Of a DNA stretch of 64,000 bases, positions 57,601-64,000 are shown one piece after another. Position 1 is the first letter of the stretch. Each line of letters starts with the position of its first letter. The notes beneath the pieces were generated by a model, which worked only from the letters and a program-made list of their open reading frames with translations, did no database searches and had not been told where the DNA came from. The stretch comes from Caecitellus pseudoparvulus (taxonomy: Eukaryota; Protista; Bigyra: Bicosoecida). The position numbers and the translations under genes are program-made. The DNA lies in the NCBI GenBank assembly GCA_965644315.1, contig CBFFRQ010000042.1, positions 186,001-250,000 of the forward strand, in the 5' to 3' direction.

Positions 57601-59339
57601 ACGGCACCGCCGTGCGGATTGCAGTCCAGAAGTCAGCAACATCCCGTGCGGTCTCGTCCATTGATGTCTTGATTCCGCTGATCCTTATGGGCTGTGCTGA
57701 CCAGGTCGGGGAATACCTCGGGGGCCTTGTCGCTTCCATGACCAGCGTCAGCCAAGGGTCCACAACACCAGACGTCACCCCACCGGCTCCAAGTCGCAGG
57801 TCCGTCGACCGCTTCCTTGATAGTCGTGATGCTGGAAACTTGGAAGTACTCGATCAGCCTTGCCTGTGGAGAGCCGAGGCGAGAAGCGCCTTCAGCAACC
57901 ACGACATTCCACCCGAACCCAGTTTGAGCGTCGCTGGTAGCGGACAAGCTGCCCCCCTCCATTTACCACCCCAAGCACAACCCCTTGCTCGGCAAGTGAC
58001 ATCGTCTCTCAGCATGCTTGACTCGCTTGATGAGCCTAAGCCTGGGCAGACAGCTGTGAATCCCATGGAGGCCGACGCTGCGACGAGGTGCATTCAAAGA
58101 TCGGTCGCGAGCATGCGCGTGTTAGAGCAGTTCTTGGGCCTTGAGAACGGGTATTTTGACCAGGTCTCAACGTCGGACCAGTCAATTGTCTTGTCTTCCG
58201 CGCGGCAGAGCATGGTAGCGAGCGCCCCGACCTCGTCAGCTGCAACCCCTGAGGCTACCTTTCAAGTTCACATGCCAGCCTGCCCAATCAGCGCTGGTAC
58301 CATGATTGCCGTTGTCATCCATGGAATTGACGCAAGACGGCTGACGTGTGTTGCCACTCGTGGCGTACATGTTCACGAAGCGTTCGTAGAAGCAACGCAA
58401 GAGCTGCGGTGCACGGCCTCCTTTCGCCTCGTGAAAGCCGGGGAATATACCGTGCGCATCTTCACCACATCCGACGCAGGCCAACCCTTGCAGGTGTACG
58501 AAGGTGCACTGAATGTTGTGCCTGGGGCCATTGACTCTGAAATGTGCACATTCGAAGCCCCGAGCACCGTAGAGGAAGGAGATGAATTGCTGGCCCGTGT
58601 CATCGTGAGGGACAGCTTTGGGAACATCAGGTCGGACCCAGAAGACGCCTTGCAGCTGAGTTGGAGGGCTGGGTTTGGAAGAGACAAGACTGTCGACATG
58701 GACTTTGTTGAAGACCTGCCGGTCGAAGGGGCCATCAAGCACAACACTCGGTTCGCGTGGAGAGCTGCAGCTGCAGGATGTGCTGAGGCAGCTCCAGGCA
58801 AGGTTGCCCCTGCACATTGCAGTGCGGTCTCTCTCCTTGAAGGAAAGACACACCCCAGTAGTGCACGTGTGCAGCTTGAAGATGTGGAGCCCGCTTGCTT
58901 TGCCTGGCGCTGTGTACTGCTAGCTGATGTAGTAGTTGGCAAGGTGTCTCTGACTTGGACAGCTAGGGGGGCCAGGTACAGGGACCATGGCGCTCCATAC
59001 CACACTCTCACAGTACGCAGGAACCCTGCAGCGCATTCAAGGTACTGTGGGCAGCGCATCACGATGTCCATCGGCGGGGGTGCGATCCCTGCAAAAGTCT
59101 GCCAAACCTGCACCCTCAGCTTGGGGAACACTTGCCTCCGGTGCAGTGGACGAGTATTTCATGGAGGGCGACACCTTCTGCTGTGTCAGTTTTGTGCACG
59201 GTCTCATCAGATTGGCATGAACCAACGCTGCTGCGTGTGCAAGGGCTGTATAATGCCGGCCACTCCAAGCAGTGATGCGAAAGAGTGTCAAGCATGTGCA
59301 AGGCGCCAGCATCTGCAAACCTGCATTGGTCTCAAGTAG
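54663..59339 (+). CDS. CLU (clustered mitochondria)-domain protein with CLU-central region, TPR-like helices, filamin-type Ig repeat and C-terminal PHF5-like zinc domain
   Basis: CLU motifs GGIAGGEKY...IFIKFARD...ASKAARQEL, PLMATVDVGGFRL, LVYGSADAGKTV, GPVDIEGH and RYVLDTARLFPP. Central MHKRGV...LGEL and EMLARCLK. Filamin-like VVPGAID...VIVRDSFGN. Terminal C + 5xCxxC + C. Confidence 0.88.
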   Translation: MQVATATAADVSYYTDFVGLSHEPEGGSSSACGAGRSPELQARELLAVPSNSAFEQGLVGTTPTDAALYEGGSSRGTASPSHALDLALEDAATVDWATRLHDIMQLPAEDSTSTLEKAQQLHRLHCEFSHVCAVICRQIIQQLGQARESWRIQPDSAAGGIAGGEKYLAGNIFIKFARDSGVYGGDDGASKAARQELCALRSLLTASVPGLSLPLMATVDVGGFRLVCASKLPLTGESLVYGSADAGKTVHTDDAEFNRIMRTVCEQLGLAGHNVGRPRVDSHGQLQHTVKLLWGPVDIEGHRLHMRSTCEDAAACRRYVLDTARLFPPMSQSDLPNHPRVPMSTFPADEAKAVHQTFAFSRSRGNWALASSRGQQKSLLTRVKEELLSCLAQDTVTAIRARLAAPAQGAKEAEEEHLHEEDLIKVLPVRRQVVSEGWLFSLPRALAEEVQDARDMGANSRVAQHCGMDITGPAVLVQDVGTVFFRLFRPEILSQSALALSSDVFTGFGACGDCSSLRCAHGSRPDFGKARQLTIALLQCVLPALAADICSGGVLLPDSASLVRVMHKRGVPLCLLGELLLRALTEWNEQGPKPDDSGESLWFRQVIHTEMLARCLKSLLKRRMRRAVLSCSDSVDEAIGRCTVDFLAEAFLQPVSCESRGAGHAGQDFWEVVRFEGERKFGTWACCRDWPSMASAGTIADFLPHATPKGMLFSRLAELLHLNHAHPAFQLLLDHAAGEGPSVGPSLPVQQVLQGALQAIEESDTPILFPKVKSMFDADLMMDVVQSHIRCERGGSGAAVAADAANQSARDVLALALDSFRATDRSMRLILADPSAIAPRAVFWGGRSMQLGSPAEERLVFVALRQLVQAALRSRDLAMASSVATTLAKGTSSVKVLSVAQCGRLATLAKCQAATGHPDLAINTVKTAMLHLQRLAPVHPLLGQLNCTLAQAMLEHPSPRGRALAAVAVDDAFKTFHALYGTAVRIAVQKSATSRAVSSIDVLIPLILMGCADQVGEYLGGLVASMTSVSQGSTTPDVTPPAPSRRSVDRFLDSRDAGNLEVLDQPCLWRAEARSAFSNHDIPPEPSLSVAGSGQAAPLHLPPQAQPLARQVTSSLSMLDSLDEPKPGQTAVNPMEADAATRCIQRSVASMRVLEQFLGLENGYFDQVSTSDQSIVLSSARQSMVASAPTSSAATPEATFQVHMPACPISAGTMIAVVIHGIDARRLTCVATRGVHVHEAFVEATQELRCTASFRLVKAGEYTVRIFTTSDAGQPLQVYEGALNVVPGAIDSEMCTFEAPSTVEEGDELLARVIVRDSFGNIRSDPEDALQLSWRAGFGRDKTVDMDFVEDLPVEGAIKHNTRFAWRAAAAGCAEAAPGKVAPAHCSAVSLLEGKTHPSSARVQLEDVEPACFAWRCVLLADVVVGKVSLTWTARGARYRDHGAPYHTLTVRRNPAAHSRYCGQRITMSIGGGAIPAKVCQTCTLSLGNTCLRCSGRVFHGGRHLLLCQFCARSHQIGMNQRCCVCKGCIMPATPSSDAKECQACARRQHLQTCIGLK

Positions 59340-59348
59340 GCTCCCGAG

Positions 59349-62300
59349 TCATTCCTGAGCCGCTGTTTGTGAGCCAGCTCCATCGGGCAACTGGCTGCCT
59401 TGCTGGCGCTTTCGGGCCAACACGGCGGTAGCGATGGAAATGATCGCAGCTTGAGACTGAGCGTCCTTCGCAGCCATGCTGTACATGCGAGCCAGCTTCT
59501 TCACAGGCGCTCTTGCGTTTGCTTGAAGGCCCAGCAATTTCCGAGCTCTGGACATTGAGTCCAAAGACCCCAGGCTGTCTTGTCTGCCGAGAAGCGCTGT
59601 GCCTCTGGTGGCCTTTCGGCTTGTGCCGGATTCACGGGGCTTCGCGGGCAATGGTGCGGAAGTGCGAGGCGCATCTTCGTCAGAGGATGATTCATCCCCC
59701 TCTTCGATCGCGTCTAGGTGTGCGGGGGTCATAGAGTGTGTCACAGATGATGCAGACAAGGACCGATCCATGCGGGACAAAAGAGAAACAGCTGCCTCAA
59801 GCTTTGCACTTTCCTCTTCCTCAGTTTGTGCTGTCAGGTCATGTGGGTCCTTGGCTACTGCAAGGTCGTCGCTACCCTTACCTTCAACTCTTGGCGATGG
59901 GGCAGGTGTGCCTTTTTGTGAAGTACCCGCCTCCTCAGGAGGGCGGAGCGCTGGCGCTGGTGCAGCAAGTGGGGCCTCTGAGCCGATGGCTTCATCAGCC
60001 TTCTTGCCTGATTCAGATTCAGTTGCCTCACTCACTGAGTCCCTGGCTCGCTTTACATGCACGGTATCAGCGCCCGCAATAGGCCCTCCTGCAGCTGGGG
60101 GAGTTTCAAGTGAACTCTCACACTCAAGCTCCGCATGCGGCGCTGCTGTACGCGATTCTGAGTTTTCCTGGCGCATTAGTGTAATTTGTGACTCAACAGT
60201 CGGGCAGTCCGTCGAGTCATGGGCTGGCTCAGCAAGCCTTGGCACTGGTTCCGCTGCAGGGCAGGCAGCAGCGGTGGGAAGAAGTGTGTGTTGCACGTCA
60301 ACCTCTTGCTCCTCCTCGCGTGATTGCGTTGTCTCCAGTTTCGTGTCGCACGTCTCTTTACCAGCGCTACCCAGACCGTCTTCGGACGCGCTGAACCTCT
60401 GTAATTGCACTGACTCTGAGGGTGCCAGCTGCAGTGGGCTGGTTCCTGCATGAGTTGCCAAAACGCTTTCCACTGGCTCGCCCGAGGTGTCTGCTTCTTC
60501 AGGTGGACACGGATGGCTTGATGCAGGGTTCGTGGAGAAAGGGCTTGTCACACCCCCGCCGGTTGAAGGCTCAGTGCTTGCGACTTTTCCAGTCTCGGTT
60601 TCACCATGGTCACCTTCATCTGCAGCAGTGGAATGTTTTTCAGTGTAGCCAAATCCATACCGGCGATGGCCTGCTGTGAGTTTCCTCCACTCTGTGAACA
60701 TTGCAGACTGAGCCTTGGTTTGAATGATTGATGATTGTTTAGCCCTCGCGCTGGGGCTGCATGCCTCCGCTGCAGGCGAAGCTTCGCAGACTGAGCTGTC
60801 CGACTCCCGACTGCGCCGGATAGCTTCAGACATGGGGCCCAGCGTTTCGAGGAGCTCCTGTTGCGCAAATGTCAGGGGCTGAACGAGGTTTCCCTCTCCG
60901 CCTGGGCTTGCATGCGTACCACTCGAGTCCGAGCCTTGCTTTTCCATGTCCTTGGTCTTCTCCTGTACGAGTGCCAAATCAGACAAGACCTGTGCGAGAG
61001 TGGGGCTTCTAGGCCTTTGTGGAAAGCTCCCCTCTTCATCTTGTTCCTTTGCGTTGGGGCTGTGCTCGTGTGGGCTGCTTGGAGGACTGACTTGGCTGGT
61101 CGTAGTCTCCACTCTGGCTGGCAGCATGTTACCACCAGTTCCCTGGGAGGCGCTCACATACTCAGCACTCTGTGGACGACGTCCTCCCATCCATGCTCTT
61201 GATTCCAAGGCCTCTGCCTTCCGGTACAGGTTTGCAAGCTCTGCGCCCGCCGGGGACAAAGGTTTTACAGGATAAACTTGGCTGCCTACTGGACGCCTCT
61301 TCACCAAGCCATGGACCAAGCCTCGAATTGGGCCGTCCGTCACGTGCTGGGTCACTTGCTTGCCTGCATACCATGCAATGCTCTCCTGTTGTCTCGGAAC
61401 CTCCGCATACCACCCACGCTCCGCCGCCTCCCGGACTCGCTCAGCGTGGGCGTGGAGCAGTTGCACGTGCATCGGCCTGGCAGATGTCATTGATTGCGGC
61501 CGATCTGGATCGCTGGGCAGCCCAGACACGAAATGTGTCTTACTGGTCACTGGAGCTTGCCCTCTTTCGTAGCCATCTTCAACATGAGCGCTTTCTTGGT
61601 ACCGCATTGGTGTGCCTGACTTGACACGCCGCTGCTCCTTGGCAGCACCAAGCACATTCAGGGTGTCCACTCTGGAGACTTCAGTCCTTGGGTTCCAGTG
61701 AAGACAATGAGCTATGAACTCTCTGTCAGAATGGGCGGCATGAAGACGCCCCTGCAGGACAGCGCTGGAGTGCTCGCGCTGGCCGTCTTCAGCTCCGCGC
61801 GACACTTTCGGGGCGGGGGTGCAAAGGAAGTGCTGTGCGGCAAACTCTCGGTTCAAAGTGGACCCTCCTTTGAGAGCTTGTTGGGCATTCAGCTGTGCCG
61901 AGAGTGTGTCTTTTCCGAAGGGCAGGGGGTCTCCTTGGACTGCAGCTCCAGCCGCGTGTGGCTGGGCAGCCCTCCTCGCAATGTCCGCTTCGTGTTCCAG
62001 CGTCATACTCTGCATAAAATGTAAGAATTCTTCCCCATGATCTCGAGTTCGCAGAGGCTCAATCACAAGTGCCTTGGACTTCGGGGCAGGACTAGCTGAG
62101 AAAGTATGGGGAGTCTCGGGGTAGCGATTGAGCTCGCTCCCTTCACGAAACCAGTCCAGAGAGCTGCCACGGCCGGACGCAGAGGACCCAGGCTTGATGG
62201 AGTAGTCCGGGAGCTCAATGTGACGCACACCAGACCCAGGCGAAATCTTGTCTGGCCCCTGCGTTGCTGGGGCACGCAAGGGGGAAGCTGGCGAAGTAGG

Positions 62301-62978
62301 AGGCTGCCTCGTTTGTTGCTGGCCGGCAGAGCTCGCTCCGCCTCTGTGTCGAGCTGCTTGAAGGTGTAGGACTTGGTCGCCTTCCCACCTCAGGTATGAA
62401 GCTCTACGGCGTTGTGGCAGGTCTGAAGCCCCTGCCGTTGGTGTCAGCAACTGCCTATGGCGGGCACTCATCTGCGCCAGGCAGGAGCTTCCGATCACCT
62501 GCGCAGGGACCAGTGCCGCAGTGCTCCTCGCTTCCTCCTCGTGAACAAGCCAAGCTCCAGAACCTTGGTCTATGGGATGCAGAGGTGGCTCAACTGATCT
62601 CCCGTGTCTTTCGGATAGGGAAACGTCTTCTTTCACTGCAAACTCAGTATTGCTGAAGTGCCCAGGTGCCGGAGCGATTGCTGTGCCTCTGGGGAGCGGC
62701 GTGGCCTGTGGCTCTTCCATGCGCAAGTGCGAAGCCGAGGCACGCGGTTGTGGCGCTCCATCGGCAAGAATCGGGGGTGGAGGAGGAGGTGGAGGTGGTA
62801 CAGCTCTGTATGCCTGTTCTTTTCCAAGCTGCTGCCTTGAGTGGACCGGGCTCAGGCTGTGCTGTGCAGGCGAAGCGGAAGTTCCGCGGGTCACAAGTGG
62901 TGATGGGCAGGCTACGAAAGCCCTCCCGCCCAACCCAAGACCACCCTTGAAGCTATCGAATGTAGGTGTGGGGTCCAT
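59349..62978 (-). CDS. Large, mostly disordered hypothetical protein (P/S/E-rich); start uncertain
   Basis: Uninterrupted ORF of more than 1200 codons with a poly-Pro tract, an acidic stretch and a short internal duplicated motif. ATG 62978 (MDPTP) preferred over the upstream GTG. Confidence 0.7.
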   Translation of the reverse strand: MDPTPTFDSFKGGLGLGGRAFVACPSPLVTRGTSASPAQHSLSPVHSRQQLGKEQAYRAVPPPPPPPPPILADGAPQPRASASHLRMEEPQATPLPRGTAIAPAPGHFSNTEFAVKEDVSLSERHGRSVEPPLHPIDQGSGAWLVHEEEARSTAALVPAQVIGSSCLAQMSARHRQLLTPTAGASDLPQRRRASYLRWEGDQVLHLQAARHRGGASSAGQQQTRQPPTSPASPLRAPATQGPDKISPGSGVRHIELPDYSIKPGSSASGRGSSLDWFREGSELNRYPETPHTFSASPAPKSKALVIEPLRTRDHGEEFLHFMQSMTLEHEADIARRAAQPHAAGAAVQGDPLPFGKDTLSAQLNAQQALKGGSTLNREFAAQHFLCTPAPKVSRGAEDGQREHSSAVLQGRLHAAHSDREFIAHCLHWNPRTEVSRVDTLNVLGAAKEQRRVKSGTPMRYQESAHVEDGYERGQAPVTSKTHFVSGLPSDPDRPQSMTSARPMHVQLLHAHAERVREAAERGWYAEVPRQQESIAWYAGKQVTQHVTDGPIRGLVHGLVKRRPVGSQVYPVKPLSPAGAELANLYRKAEALESRAWMGGRRPQSAEYVSASQGTGGNMLPARVETTTSQVSPPSSPHEHSPNAKEQDEEGSFPQRPRSPTLAQVLSDLALVQEKTKDMEKQGSDSSGTHASPGGEGNLVQPLTFAQQELLETLGPMSEAIRRSRESDSSVCEASPAAEACSPSARAKQSSIIQTKAQSAMFTEWRKLTAGHRRYGFGYTEKHSTAADEGDHGETETGKVASTEPSTGGGVTSPFSTNPASSHPCPPEEADTSGEPVESVLATHAGTSPLQLAPSESVQLQRFSASEDGLGSAGKETCDTKLETTQSREEEQEVDVQHTLLPTAAACPAAEPVPRLAEPAHDSTDCPTVESQITLMRQENSESRTAAPHAELECESSLETPPAAGGPIAGADTVHVKRARDSVSEATESESGKKADEAIGSEAPLAAPAPALRPPEEAGTSQKGTPAPSPRVEGKGSDDLAVAKDPHDLTAQTEEEESAKLEAAVSLLSRMDRSLSASSVTHSMTPAHLDAIEEGDESSSDEDAPRTSAPLPAKPRESGTSRKATRGTALLGRQDSLGSLDSMSRARKLLGLQANARAPVKKLARMYSMAAKDAQSQAAIISIATAVLARKRQQGSQLPDGAGSQTAAQE

Positions 62979-63442
62979 GAGATTGGAAAGCACTCGCGCG
63001 TGTGGATCCTGACGCAAGCAGCCTTGGGGCAGCAAAGCGTACAGGCAGCAGCTTCCTTGCACAGGCGATGAAACGCGGGGTCTGCTATGTGCCACACACA
63101 ACTGTTCAGTGCGCAGCACGGCGTAGGAAGCAGTCTGAAAAGGACAGTAGCTTGTAGCTGGTGGGTTGACCCGGGTCTCGAGCTGCTGATGTGGCCAGTT
63201 CAGCTCATTGCTGCCCATCATCGTTCCAGGCACAGAAAGTCAAGAGCAGCGCATACACTGCACTGCTGCCAGGCACGGAGCGTCTAACTCGCGGTGTACA
63301 CGGATGCGGGCACAGACGGCAACAGAGCAGCTGGAGCGCCAGCGGGTACACGCAAAACCAAGAACGATCCCACTACTCCCACAGAGTGCCTTGGGATACC
63401 TTGCCCTGTTCAAGTGAATCAGCGTGCTGCTTACACTGGAGC

Positions 63443-64000
63443 ATGGCCCTGGCACGTCGCTGGGGCGCAGCGGCCTCCATGCCGCTTCGTTCCCCGGCAA
63501 CGCAGCGCTTCCTGTCCTTGTACCGGGCGAGAGTTGTTGAATCCTCTGGAGACACTGCAACATTGGCTGGACTGAGGGGTGCTGTTGTTGGAGGTGTTGC
63601 CCGATTCGATGGCCAGGGACTCGGTGCGTCGCTGTTTTCGCGGAGGCCTGCTGCCGATTTCCGCAAGTCCGCCAGCTGTACACACAGGCGTGGTCACGGA
63701 CATTATGGAAAACGGGCACGCCAAGGTATACATGGTGCATCGGCCTGGTGTGGCTGATGCGCGGGCCAACGCTGCCCCTGCTTTGATGGCCCCGAAAATG
63801 GAGGCCTCAGACTTTCGGGGCGCCGAGCTGGATGGCACTGGCGTCAAGAAGGGTAGCAGTCGGCCCTCCTGCGATCGCGTAGGCCAAGGCCTCCCCTTGC
63901 TCCCAGTGTGGGCTGTGCCACTGGCGCAGAGGGTTGCCTCTTCTGACAAGGCCACATCAAAGCTCGTGCCGTCAGGGTTTCGCATGCTGGATGCGTTGCT
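63443..64000 (+). CDS. Divergent F1/V1-ATPase alpha/beta-superfamily protein (F1-alpha-like), 5' part only; exons 63443-63623, 63688->64000
   Basis: Arg/Ala/Ser presequence (MALARRWGAAASMPLRSPATQRFLS), then ARVVESSGDTATLAGLRG...ARFDGQGL|GVV (cf. GRVLSIGDGIARVxGL...VEF), FRGAELDGTG (cf. LLGRVVDALG), AVPLAQR (cf. APGIxxR) and VPSGFRMLDAL (cf. xTGIKAVDxL). A 64-nt GT-AG intron; the frame stays open to the window end. Confidence 0.7.

Noticed and set aside
1-64000. Endogenous virophage/Polinton, transposon, CRISPR array, tRNA or rRNA
   Set aside because: I saw no AT-rich island, terminal repeats, integrase/transposase/capsid motifs, spaced direct repeats or tRNA/rRNA signatures by eye. A tRNAscan/Rfam run would be needed to exclude small RNAs.

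Overview
Gene-dense, GC-rich eukaryotic nuclear DNA with short spliceosomal introns (mostly 60-77 nt) and very small intergenic gaps. The style suggests a heterotrophic protist, possibly a Cafeteria-like stramenopile (inference only). I reconstruct 16 protein-coding genes by hand, several with exons the ORF track misses: RME-8/DNAJC13, DGAT2, condensin II CAP-D3, RRP7, a minimal XRN 5'-3' exoribonuclease, a Cys-rich (Frizzled-CRD-like) NIPA-type transporter, a putatively myristoylated USP, a DUF4050/Gag1-clamp protein, a TruA/Pus1 pseudouridine synthase, a DUF4504-like protein, LUC7, a 7761-aa single-ORF SPRY/LamG/UBA/MORN HECT ligase, a CLU-domain protein, two uncharacterised proteins, and the 5' part of a divergent F1 ATPase alpha-like gene. 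No rRNA, tRNA, CRISPR array or mobile element was seen. Most interesting: (1) the CLU protein ends in a complete PHF5A/Rds3-type 12-Cys zinc-knot pattern; (2) every intron longer than about 80 nt carries long stems that would shrink it towards the modal length; (3) LUC7 has a GC-AG intron and an in-frame structured intron; (4) convergent genes abut or overlap at their stop codons; (5) the RME-8 tail carries clathrin-adaptor-type motifs; (6) a divergent F1-alpha paralog; (7) a CRD-NIPA fusion. Family calls come from recalled motifs, not database searches.
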